Source: an uncultured Ignavibacteriales bacterium (lineage in GTDB: Bacteria > Bacteroidota > Ignavibacteria > Tepidaquicellales > OLB5). Taken from it: DNA of 64,000 nucleotides. This document shows, one piece after another, positions 9,889 through 19,009 of this stretch. Every line of letters starts with the position of its first letter. Position 1 is the stretch's first letter. The position numbers and the translations under genes are program-made. The stretch is taken from NCBI GenBank assembly GCA_964461265.1, contig CAYWTS010000001.1:161025-225024 (forward strand), in the 5' to 3' direction. The notes under the pieces are model-generated. The model did no database searches. It saw only the letters and a program-made list of their open reading frames with translations, and was not told where the DNA came from.

Positions 9889-11715
9889 ATGTACGATTAC
9901 AGTTACTTTCTTCATACAAAGTGTGCAGAGAAATGGAAAAATATTGGTTTAAAGCGCCGCTCGGGTATTGTTGCACCGCTTTTTTCAATCTACTCTAAAC
10001 ATTCAGTTGGCATTGGTGAAATAACCGATTTAAAATTACTTATCGACTGGTGTAATAAAACCGGAATCAGTATAATTCAATTACTTCCTATAAACGACAC
10101 AGCACATTCTGCACCTTATTCGGCTCTCAGTACATTCGCAATCGACTCTATGTATATTTCACTAATCCGGTTAAGAGACGTAAATCTTAAGCAATTCAAA
10201 AACAAAATAAATACCCTTCGGAATAAATATAATTTAAAGGGCAAACGAGTTGATTATGCAATTAAAGATGAAAAATTAAAACTGCTTAAAAAAATTTTTA
10301 ACTTAACTGATTGGCGAAATAATAAATGCCTTAATGAATATATCCTGCAAAATTCATATTGGCTCAACGACTATTGTACATTCAGAATCATTTCTGATAA
10401 AATGGGAAGTAACTGGAATTTATGGGAAAAAGAGTATTCACCTCTTCTTTACATAGAAATTATACAAGAATATACTGAAGAATTTAATTTTCATTGCTGG
10501 GTGCAATGGCAGTTATTCGTACAGATGCAGGAAATAAAAAAATATGCCAATGAAAAGCGAGTACTTCTAATGGGTGACCTCCCTTTTCTTGTTTCAAAGG
10601 AGAGTGCTGACGTATGGTCACATCCTGAATACTTTAAACTTCAACTTTCTGCCGGGGCACCCCCCGATATGTATCATTCATCCGGACAAAAATGGGGAAC
10701 GCCGCCATATGACTGGAACAGAATTGCTGCAGATAATTTTGTATACTTAAGGAGAAAATTAAAATATGCCGAGAACTTTTATAATATGTACAGGATTGAC
10801 CACTTTGTGGGTTTATTCCGTTTATGGTCAGTATACGATAGTCCAAATTCACCGGCAAATGCGATAAACGGTTATTTTGACCCAGGGGATGAATGTTTAT
10901 GGGAAAAACATGGTAAAAAAATTCTAGACATAATGCTTGAATCAACCTCAATGCTTCCCTGCGCTGAAGACCTTGGTACCGTACCTGAATGCTCTTATAA
11001 AACACTTTTTGAATACGGTATAACGGGAATCGATTTCCAGCGTTACCAAAAGAGCAATTTCTGCTTTAAAAAAAACACCGAATACAGAATTAACTCGGTT
11101 TCGGTTCTTTCAACACACGATTCAACCCTGTTCTGTAACTGGTGGAATTACGAAGCCGGTGCAGTTGATGAAAAAATGTTCGGTATTTTATGTAAAGAGA
11201 AAAATATTACAGGAAAAAGATTTAATGAAATTAAATCCCAGCTATTTAACCTGAAGAAATCATTAAACGGCAGACTGAGATGGAATAATAAAATAGATTC
11301 TGTTGACAAGCTTAAATTGATATTAGGGCTCCACGAATACGAAGCACAAGAATTCATTCATGTTTATCTTGATACCTTTAATGAAAAAAACAAGTTTGCA
11401 GAGTTTCTAAATGGAAGCAGTAACGCCCCTAAAAGATGCACTCCCGCTTTTTTCAAAGATGTACTTATGAAAATAAATTCATCATCATCAATTTTTTCTA
11501 TTCAGTTAATACAAGAATATCTTTGCCTCGATGAAATATTGTTAAAACATATGAATAAATGGAGTTACCGTATAAATTTACCGGGTTCATCTGGTAAAAA
11601 GAATTGGTCTGTATTATTACCAGTTTCGCTAGATAGTTTATTAAAAAGTTATAGGGGTAAATTTATTACAGGAATGCTACGGGAGATTAATATATTTACC
11701 GACAGGTTCGTTTAA
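9889..11715 (+). CDS. malQ: 4-alpha-glucanotransferase (GH77)
   Basis: RRSGIVAPLFS, IQLLPIND, SPY-like APYSALS, MGDLPF, GAPPD, QKWGTPPYDW, YRIDHFVG, CAEDLG, STHD and RINLPG. Confidence 0.93.
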   Translation: MYDYSYFLHTKCAEKWKNIGLKRRSGIVAPLFSIYSKHSVGIGEITDLKLLIDWCNKTGISIIQLLPINDTAHSAPYSALSTFAIDSMYISLIRLRDVNLKQFKNKINTLRNKYNLKGKRVDYAIKDEKLKLLKKIFNLTDWRNNKCLNEYILQNSYWLNDYCTFRIISDKMGSNWNLWEKEYSPLLYIEIIQEYTEEFNFHCWVQWQLFVQMQEIKKYANEKRVLLMGDLPFLVSKESADVWSHPEYFKLQLSAGAPPDMYHSSGQKWGTPPYDWNRIAADNFVYLRRKLKYAENFYNMYRIDHFVGLFRLWSVYDSPNSPANAINGYFDPGDECLWEKHGKKILDIMLESTSMLPCAEDLGTVPECSYKTLFEYGITGIDFQRYQKSNFCFKKNTEYRINSVSVLSTHDSTLFCNWWNYEAGAVDEKMFGILCKEKNITGKRFNEIKSQLFNLKKSLNGRLRWNNKIDSVDKLKLILGLHEYEAQEFIHVYLDTFNEKNKFAEFLNGSSNAPKRCTPAFFKDVLMKINSSSSIFSIQLIQEYLCLDEILLKHMNKWSYRINLPGSSGKKNWSVLLPVSLDSLLKSYRGKFITGMLREINIFTDRFV

Positions 11716-12626
11716 TCCTCAGCAAGTAATTGTGCTCTGGCTTCCTTGAGCTTTTCTTCATAATCTTTGCTTAGCTTAGGGTATTTTAGGTTAAGGGAAT
11801 CAAGGGTACCCGCTATTATATCGCCAACAACCATTCGCATAAACCATTTTTTATCTGCAGGGATAATAAACCATGGAGCATATTCGGTTGATGTATTGTT
11901 AATTGCATCTTCATAAGCCTTCTGAAAATCATTCCAGAATTTCCGCTGATAAATATCTTCCATAGAAAATTTCCAGTTCTTATCTGCATCATCTATCCGT
12001 TTCAGAAACCTTCTTTTCTGTTCTTCTTTAGATACATGAAAGAAAAATTTTAAAATAATTGTACCGCTATCATTAATTGTTTTTTCGAACTGGTTGATAC
12101 TCTCATATCTTTTGTTCCAGAATTGAGTGGTAATGTCAGTAATTTCTTTTATACCGGGAATGTTCTGTTTTAAAATAAATTCAGGATGTACTTTAACGGC
12201 AGTTACTTCCTCATAATACGAGCGATTAAAAATTACTATCATTCCTTTTTCAGGTAAAGCTGCATAATGACGCCACAGGAAATCGTGTGCAAGCTCACGT
12301 GACGAAGGTTCAATAAAACTATATACTCTACACCCCTGGGGGTTTAAACCTGTCATAACATGTTTTATTGTTCCATCTTTACCGGCGGCATCCATCGCCT
12401 GAAATATTATGAGCAGCGAATAAGTTTTATCGGCATAAAACCTTTCCTGCAAATCCGATAATCTAGCTACATCGCTTTCCAGCAGCCGTTGAGCTTCCTC
12501 TTTAGAATGATAGCCCGCAGTATAACTTGTGTCGTAATCTTTAAGCTTTATTTTCATGCCTGGTTTAACCAGGAATTTTTTATTCAATCTGAAAAGGTTA
12601 TCTGTATTTTGAGAGTAATCTGTCAT
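11712..12626 (-). CDS. ppk2: Polyphosphate kinase 2 (class III-like)
   Basis: FQAMDAAGKDGTIKHV, FNRSYYEEV and WFIIPADKKW. Confidence 0.93.
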   Translation of the reverse strand: MTDYSQNTDNLFRLNKKFLVKPGMKIKLKDYDTSYTAGYHSKEEAQRLLESDVARLSDLQERFYADKTYSLLIIFQAMDAAGKDGTIKHVMTGLNPQGCRVYSFIEPSSRELAHDFLWRHYAALPEKGMIVIFNRSYYEEVTAVKVHPEFILKQNIPGIKEITDITTQFWNKRYESINQFEKTINDSGTIILKFFFHVSKEEQKRRFLKRIDDADKNWKFSMEDIYQRKFWNDFQKAYEDAINNTSTEYAPWFIIPADKKWFMRMVVGDIIAGTLDSLNLKYPKLSKDYEEKLKEARAQLLAED

Positions 12627-12647
12627 AAGTTATATAAAGTAAATATT

Positions 12648-13098
12648 TTATCTGTCAGCTTTACTTACAGGGTACATTTTCTTCAATTTATTATAAGAAT
12701 AGGTGATCAGTTTTTTCAATACTTTTATATATACCCTCTAATTTTTTTATATATAAACACACGGCACCTCTTTAATGTTAACCTAGTTTTTTCAGTAATT
12801 CTTCCTGTTCATTTAAGCCAGCCATTAAATACAGAGTAATAGTGTCTTTACGCTGAGAGAATCCTGTTATGAACCAATCACCATTCTGACCGCTTGGATA
12901 CCTGTAATGATATTTACCAAAACCCAATACACCAGAGTCCCACAGTACAGGTTCTGTTTTTGTTATCTATTTCATAATATTAAGTATAATATAGCGGTCA
13001 TTACGTTTCTTCTCATCGTTTATATTGTCATGAAATTTTGTAACACTTTGTTTTGTTTCTTTTGTCTTTAATTCTGACTTTGTTTTTTGGCTGTTTAT
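12648..13098 (-). pseudogene. DUF1801 (YdhG-like) family pseudogene
   Basis: The minus-strand frame reads KSELKTKETKQSV...MK*ITKTEPVLWDSGVLGFGKYHYRYPSGQNGDWFITGFSQRKDTITLYLM...LLKKLG*H*..., with several in-frame stops and no intact start. Confidence 0.82.
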
Positions 13099-13107
13099 AT
13101 AAAACTA

Positions 13108-13986
13108 TTATTTGTCTTTATAATAATAAAATCCCATACCAGTTTTCTTACCAAGTAAACCTGCTTCTACCATCTTTCTCTGAATTGGATGAGGTTTGTA
13201 TTTGGTATCATAAAAAAAAGCTTCATAAACCGATTTAGTGACTGAATAATTAACATCTAATCCAATCAAATCCATTAGTTCAAAAGGTCCCATAGCAAAC
13301 CCACCCTCTTTTTTTATTGTATTATCTATTGTTTGGTAAGTAATATTCCCTTCACCAAGTATTTTTAAAGACTCTCCGTAAAAAGAACGTGCAATCCTGT
13401 TAACAATAAAAGCGGGTGTATCATTGCACGTAACAGGCGTTTTTCCTAGTTTTTTACAAAAATCAATTAAATAATTTACAGTTTCCACGGAAGTAAATTC
13501 ACACTTTACTACTTCAACAAGTTTCATTAATGCCGGTGGATTAAAGAAGTGCAATCCTGCAAATCGGCTCTTATTTTTAATAACAGATGAAATAGCCGAA
13601 ACCGAGAGTGATGAAGTATTTGTAGAGAAAATAGAATCTTCTTTACATAAATCGTTTAACTGCTTAAATACAGAGCATTTAATATCAAAATTCTCAACTG
13701 CTGCTTCGATAATTAAATTGCATTTGCTTAGGTTAGTTATATCGCTTGTAAAACTAAGGATATTAATTAGCTGTTGGTATTTATTTTTTTCAATTTTCCC
13801 TTTTTTAACTAACTTTTCATATGAAAACCTAACATTTTGTTCCGCTTTAAGAATAATCTCTTTGCTTATATCGTATAAAACCGCCTTAAATCCTCTTAAA
13901 GCACAAACAGAGGCAATCCCGCTTCCCATTGTACCGGCACCGATTATTCCAATTGTACTAATATTATTATTATTAATCCTTTTCAC
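13108..13986 (-). CDS. 3-hydroxyacyl-CoA dehydrogenase (Hbd/PaaH family)
   Basis: GAGTMGSG, IEAAVE, STNTSSL, GLHFFNP, FIVNRI and MGPFELMDLIGLD. Confidence 0.93.
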   Translation of the reverse strand: MKRINNNNISTIGIIGAGTMGSGIASVCALRGFKAVLYDISKEIILKAEQNVRFSYEKLVKKGKIEKNKYQQLINILSFTSDITNLSKCNLIIEAAVENFDIKCSVFKQLNDLCKEDSIFSTNTSSLSVSAISSVIKNKSRFAGLHFFNPPALMKLVEVVKCEFTSVETVNYLIDFCKKLGKTPVTCNDTPAFIVNRIARSFYGESLKILGEGNITYQTIDNTIKKEGGFAMGPFELMDLIGLDVNYSVTKSVYEAFFYDTKYKPHPIQRKMVEAGLLGKKTGMGFYYYKDK

Positions 13987-13989
13987 TTA

Positions 13990-14994
13990 TTACTTAAAAA
14001 TCACTTCTTTCCCTGTTTTAGCAGATTTATACACTGCATCGGTAATTTTCAGACGTTCTAATGCTTCGTTACCGCTTGAAAGAAGATCTTTATTGTTCTG
14101 AATAGAATTAATAAAATGCCTGAGTTCATACTCATAGGAACGTTTATATATGTTTGAAGGATTTTCCATTTTTAAAGGTGTAACATTTACGAGCGAACCA
14201 TGCATCATTTTGTATATCCTTAAAGGATTTATACTGGCACTACCTTCTTTTCCAAAAACATTGCAATAAAATACATCATACTCTCTTAACAGAGACCAGC
14301 TGCATTCAAGGTTAATACAGGAACCGTTGACAAATTTAATAAATACATAAGAACAATCTTCAACTGTTTTAAACTGTATATTCTGATTTACAGCACTTAC
14401 ACTTTTTATTTTAGGATATTTCATCAATTGTAAGGCAATCTCAAGTATCACAACTCCAAGATCCATAAAAACACCACCGCCGGCAAGCTTTAAATCAAGC
14501 GCCCAATCTTCAAGTGTGCTGCGTTTTTTTATAAAGCCTGTTTTAATATAATAAATATCACCAAGCGAACCTGCAGATGCAAAGCTCTGCAGCATCATAA
14601 GGTCAGGTCGGAAAAGGCTGTTCATTCCTACCATTAACTTGCGTTTATATTTCTTTGCAGCTTCATATATTTCCGCACCTTCCTTATAATTTCTCGCAAG
14701 TGGTTTTTCTACAAGAATATTCATATCCTTTTCCAATGCTTTTAATGCATGATCCCTGTGCAGGTAAGTCGGTGATGCAATTATCAAAGCATCCGCTGGA
14801 CTTTCTTCCAGCATCTTATCTATATCATAATAATAACTTTTAACATTGAACTTTTTGGCAACATTTTTAGCTTTCGATTTATCAATATCACAAACCGCAG
14901 TTACTTCAACGTCATCCATGCGAGTTAACAGCGGTAAATGTGTGATTTGTCCAATCCCGCCTAAGCCTATAATATTTATTTTAATTTTATCCAT
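13990..14994 (-). CDS. Gfo/Idh/MocA family oxidoreductase
   Basis: GLGGIG Rossmann motif, ILVEKPLA and GGGVFMDLGV. Confidence 0.92.
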   Translation of the reverse strand: MDKIKINIIGLGGIGQITHLPLLTRMDDVEVTAVCDIDKSKAKNVAKKFNVKSYYYDIDKMLEESPADALIIASPTYLHRDHALKALEKDMNILVEKPLARNYKEGAEIYEAAKKYKRKLMVGMNSLFRPDLMMLQSFASAGSLGDIYYIKTGFIKKRSTLEDWALDLKLAGGGVFMDLGVVILEIALQLMKYPKIKSVSAVNQNIQFKTVEDCSYVFIKFVNGSCINLECSWSLLREYDVFYCNVFGKEGSASINPLRIYKMMHGSLVNVTPLKMENPSNIYKRSYEYELRHFINSIQNNKDLLSSGNEALERLKITDAVYKSAKTGKEVIFK

Positions 14995-15023
14995 ATAATT
15001 TCGTTATTTTTATTTATAAAAAT

Positions 15024-15117
15024 GTCAAGACACCCGGATCACACAGTTAACCTGCTTACCGCTGCTTTCTTTCGAACCTGACGGGGTTGGGCAAGTAAAT
15101 GTTGCCCGGGGCTTGAC
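15024..15117 (-). ncRNA. ffs: Signal recognition particle RNA (small bacterial SRP / 4.5S)
   Basis: Core GTCAGGTTCGAAAGAAAGCAGC (helix 8, GNRA loop) inside a long hairpin closed by gtcaag/cttgac. Confidence 0.92.
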
Positions 15118-15122
15118 AAAAC

Positions 15123-16472
15123 CTATTTCTTAAAAATCAATAATAATTTATTGTAACTAAAATTTAACGATTGTTTAAGAGTTAGATACACTCCCGTAAT
15201 GCCAATAATAATGTTAGCGAACCACATGCTTATAAACGGACTTACAAATTCTCTGTCTGCAAGCTTTTCGCCTCCAATTAAACAAGCCCAGTAAAGAAGA
15301 AAGAATCCAAGACTCATTCCTGCTGCAATACCGAAGCTTCCTTTACGTGTCATTACGCCCAGTGGTGCTCCAATCAGAACAAATACAATGCATGCGAATG
15401 GTATTGAATACTTTTTATAAATCTCAACAAGATACATATCTATTTGTTTCTGATCTGCAAGTTCTCGGCTTTTCATCCCTCTAATTTGCGAACTTATAAC
15501 TCTCAGTCTGTTGTATGCAGATTCGGCATTTTGCTGGTTTGTTTTCCTTAGTACATTATCAGAACGCAGCTTTATAGTATCGTACTCCAACCTTGTAAAA
15601 TCAATTGCTGTTTTGAGTATACTTTCCCTGAGCCTGTCTTTATCGAACTCCAGTAAACTCTTTATGTTTGTAACGATATTCCTCATTGAGTCCGCACTAA
15701 GCTCTCTATCGCCCCGTGACATTGAGCTTCTATCGGATTCTGAAAAACCAAACCCAACTGCATCTATCGTAACAATATGTTTTTCAAAAATCACTTTACG
15801 GTAATCGGAAAAGGTTTCTTTCTTATTCATTCTATGAATTTCACCATTATACAATTCCATTATGACCTTGCTAAAATCACTCGTAAAATTTATCGAACCT
15901 CTTTCGGCAGTAAGTAGGCTTGAAAATATAGGATTAGAATTATCGATTATTAAAATGCCTTCAAGCTCGTTCGAGCCCGGAAACGTTTTTCTCACCATAA
16001 TGTTATAACCGCTTATATCATCAGAAAATCTACCTGGTTCGAGCACAAAAGTAGGTTTAGTTCTCTGAATATCGGTCATCAATACCTTTGTCCTGTGATT
16101 AGCTTCGGGAAGTACTTTGTTATTGAATAAGATTAGCCCGTAACATACAATGCCCGATACTATTAAAACTGGCATCATCATCCTGTGAAGACTGATACCG
16201 TTGGCTTTCATAATCGTTATCTCGTTTGTGGATGTCAAAGAACCAAAAGCCATTAAAACTGCAACCAGGGTTGCCATAGGCACAGCAAGTGTAACCATCC
16301 AAGCCATATTAAGTGATATCAGTTGCGCAATAACCCACCAGCTCAATCCCTTGCCAACAAGATTATCAATAAAACGCATAATAAACTGGAACGTAAATAC
16401 AAAAATAACAATAACGAACGACAGAATAAATGGCGCAATATGTGCTCTTAATATGTAAGAATAAATTTTCAA
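15123..16472 (-). CDS. LptF/LptG family LPS export permease
   Basis: N-terminal TM helices, EITIMKANGISL, a periplasmic beta-jellyroll region and KKYSIPFAC...GAPLG. TTG start. Confidence 0.93.
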   Translation of the reverse strand: MKIYSYILRAHIAPFILSFVIVIFVFTFQFIMRFIDNLVGKGLSWWVIAQLISLNMAWMVTLAVPMATLVAVLMAFGSLTSTNEITIMKANGISLHRMMMPVLIVSGIVCYGLILFNNKVLPEANHRTKVLMTDIQRTKPTFVLEPGRFSDDISGYNIMVRKTFPGSNELEGILIIDNSNPIFSSLLTAERGSINFTSDFSKVIMELYNGEIHRMNKKETFSDYRKVIFEKHIVTIDAVGFGFSESDRSSMSRGDRELSADSMRNIVTNIKSLLEFDKDRLRESILKTAIDFTRLEYDTIKLRSDNVLRKTNQQNAESAYNRLRVISSQIRGMKSRELADQKQIDMYLVEIYKKYSIPFACIVFVLIGAPLGVMTRKGSFGIAAGMSLGFFLLYWACLIGGEKLADREFVSPFISMWFANIIIGITGVYLTLKQSLNFSYNKLLLIFKK

Positions 16473-16806
16473 GATTTAAGAAACAAAACAATATCTTTAC
16501 ATATGCCTTACAATATTATCATTTTGTTTATTAATAAAAAGTGTATTTAGAAACTCTGAATTACTATTTTATGAAACCTAATGCTACTTATAAATTATAC
16601 AGCACAAGGGAATTAAAGACAAAAAATTGTTTTAATTAACTATACTCTGTTAATTTAATATAAAATAATCCAAATTTTAAAAAAACAATCCAGAGCAGTT
16701 GGGAAACTCAGTAAGGGGTTACATATTTGTATTATAAACTTATATTAAATATTTAGCTTCATCGGAGCGTCTCAACTTTATAGCATAATCACAACTTACG
16801 GTACAG

Positions 16807-16898
16807 ATTCCCGCCCACGAGTCATTTGACATGTTGAGTTGTGGACTTCCGATTGTCTTTGTCGAATCCGTCAACTGAGGAAGCACACAGAGGGGAAT
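16807..16898. repeat. Composite nested palindrome: ATTCCC...GGGAAT enclosing two internal hairpins
   Basis: attcccgc ... aggggaat encloses ccac...gtgg and cttcc...ggaag, and contains tccgtcaactgagga. Confidence 0.45.
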
Positions 16899-16911
16899 AG
16901 TTTGTGTAACA

Positions 16912-18108
16912 TCATTTAATAATACAAAGTTCTTTTCCTATTTTTCTGAAAGCTTCTATAGCTTTATCCAAGTGTTCTTTAGTATGTGAAGCTGAAATCT
17001 GGACTCTTATCCTTGCCTGACCTTGCGGTACGACAGGATAATAAAAACCAATTACATAAATTCCTTCATTTAGTAATTTTTCTGCAAAATTCTTGGAAAG
17101 CTTAGCATCATATAGCATAATTGGAACAATCGGGTGAATACCATCTTTAATATCGAAACCAGCTTCTTTCATGTGTATTCTGAAATACTTTGTGTTTTCT
17201 TCCAGCTTATCTCTTAGCTCAGTAGTAGATGAAAGCATATCAAAAACAGCAATGGATGCACCCACAACAGCCGGTGTAAGAGAGTTAGAGAATAAATAAG
17301 GCCGCGAACGCTGTCTGAGCATTTCAATAATTTCCTTTTTGCCTGTAGTATAACCACCCATTGCTCCACCTAAAGCTTTGCCAAGTGTCCCTGTTATAAT
17401 ATCAACTTTACCAAGGAGCCCGTGATATTCAGCTGCACCTCTGCCCGTTTTGCCTATTAAACCTGCTGCATGGCATTCATCAACCATTAAGTTTGCTCTA
17501 TATTCTTTTGCTATCTTATGAATCTCATCGAGTTTTGCAATGTCACCATCCATCGAAAATACTCCGTCAGTGCATATCAGCTTATTCTTTTTACCTTCGG
17601 AAACCGCTTCATCAAGCTTTCGAATTAATCCCGACATGTCTGAATGCCTGTAACGGTAACGTGTAGCCTTGCTTAACCTTATACCGTCTATAATACTTGC
17701 ATGGTTTAATTCATCTGAAATAACAGCATCTGTATCGTGCAGCAGCGGTTCAAAAACTCCTCCGTTTGCATCAAAACATGCAGCATATAGAATTGAGTCT
17801 TCTGTTCTATGAAATTCCGCAATCTTTTTTTCAAGCTCTTTATGAATATCGAGTGTTCCGCAGATAAAACGAACTGATGACATACCAAAACCGTATTTCA
17901 TGAGAGCATTTTTTGCTGCTTCTAAAACTTTAGGATGTGAAGAAAGGCCAAGGTAGTTATTGGCACAGAAATTCATTACTTTTCTCCCGTCTATAAGATG
18001 TATCTCTGGACCTTGGGGTGAAGTAATCACCCTTTCATTTTTATATAATCCGGATAATTTAATCCTGTGAAGTTCTCCTTTCAGTTTTGCAATTAGTTGT
18101 GAAGCCAT
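16912..18108 (-). CDS. kbl: Glycine C-acetyltransferase (2-amino-3-ketobutyrate CoA ligase), canonical type
   Basis: FCANNYLGLSSHP, SVRFICGT, DELNHASIIDG, DECHA, GTLGKALGG and RSRPYLFSN. Confidence 0.95.
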   Translation of the reverse strand: MASQLIAKLKGELHRIKLSGLYKNERVITSPQGPEIHLIDGRKVMNFCANNYLGLSSHPKVLEAAKNALMKYGFGMSSVRFICGTLDIHKELEKKIAEFHRTEDSILYAACFDANGGVFEPLLHDTDAVISDELNHASIIDGIRLSKATRYRYRHSDMSGLIRKLDEAVSEGKKNKLICTDGVFSMDGDIAKLDEIHKIAKEYRANLMVDECHAAGLIGKTGRGAAEYHGLLGKVDIITGTLGKALGGAMGGYTTGKKEIIEMLRQRSRPYLFSNSLTPAVVGASIAVFDMLSSTTELRDKLEENTKYFRIHMKEAGFDIKDGIHPIVPIMLYDAKLSKNFAEKLLNEGIYVIGFYYPVVPQGQARIRVQISASHTKEHLDKAIEAFRKIGKELCIIK

Positions 18109-18185
18109 AACTTACTCCGTATTAAAAATTTGACAAAAATAGCAAAAACAATTGATAATTAGTAATGTGTATTTTAACATAAATC

Positions 18186-18211
18186 AAAAACCCCGATTCG
18201 TTCGGGGTTTT
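18186..18211. terminator. Intrinsic terminator after the fasciclin gene
   Basis: aaaaa ccccga ttcgt tcgggg tttt. Confidence 0.8.
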
Positions 18212-18236
18212 AATAAAAGTAATATTTTAGTATTAA

Positions 18237-18797
18237 TTATTTCGCAGAAGGCAACACTACCTCATCAATTACATGTACAATTCCGTTAGATCCTCTTATG
18301 GAAGCTAATATTTTTGCTTTATCAATGTAGGTTACACCATCTTTTTTTGTGATTTTTGCCGGATTGCCATCGAACATATTAATAGTTTGACCATCAGAAA
18401 GCATATCAATAGTATAAACTGAAACCTGTACGTGATGCTGCAAAATAGAAGTTAATTTACTTTTGTTTTCAGGTTTCAACAAGTCATCAAGTGTTCCTTT
18501 TGGGAGTTTATCGAATGCAGCATTTGTAGGTGCAAAAACTGTAAAAGGTCCCGGATTCGCAAGCGGTTCAACAAGTTCTGCTGCTTTTAAAGCAGTTACA
18601 AGTGTTGTATGGTCTGATGAACCAACAGCAATTTTCACGATATCCTTATCCGATACATCATCCTTTACATTCGATTGACCGCTTTCGGTTTTTTCATTTT
18701 GTTTTGTGGTTTTATCGGATGTCTTATTAACATCATCCTGTTTCCCGCAGCTTGCGAATAGTAAAAAAAGACCGGTTAGAAGAATTAAAGCTTTCAA
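18237..18797 (-). CDS. Fasciclin (FAS1) domain lipoprotein
   Basis: Lipobox FASC, GPFTVFAPTNAAF and SNGIVHVIDEV. TTG start with a GGAGG Shine-Dalgarno. Confidence 0.93.
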   Translation of the reverse strand: MKALILLTGLFLLFASCGKQDDVNKTSDKTTKQNEKTESGQSNVKDDVSDKDIVKIAVGSSDHTTLVTALKAAELVEPLANPGPFTVFAPTNAAFDKLPKGTLDDLLKPENKSKLTSILQHHVQVSVYTIDMLSDGQTINMFDGNPAKITKKDGVTYIDKAKILASIRGSNGIVHVIDEVVLPSAK

Positions 18798-18843
18798 AAT
18801 AGACCTCCTGTTAAAATGTTTGTATGTAAATTATTTTTGAATC

Positions 18844-18893
18844 TATGTTAAATTAACATACAAATTATATTTATCAATTGACTTAAGTCAATT
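18844..18893. promoter_or_regulatory. Two adjacent perfect palindromes upstream of the fasciclin gene; the second is CRP/FNR-box-like
   Basis: tatgttaaattaacata at 18844-18860 and aattgacttaagtcaatt at 18876-18893 (TTGAC-N4-GTCAA). Confidence 0.5.
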
Positions 18894-18900
18894 TTATAAA

Positions 18901-18925
18901 AAAAAGCGGGTGAACAATCACCCGC
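18901..18925 (-). terminator. Intrinsic terminator after the second kbl homologue
   Basis: On the minus strand: gcgggtga ttgt tcacccgc followed by a T-run. Confidence 0.8.
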
Positions 18926-19009
18926 AATTAATTATTTTATTATGCACACCTCTAGAATTATCAAATCTCACAAATTCATAAGATTCGGAAAATTTAGAAG
19001 ATTTAAAAA

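Noticed and set aside
12489-12839. 116-aa plus-strand ORF
   Set aside because: It is the antisense shadow of ppk2 and the DUF1801 pseudogene.
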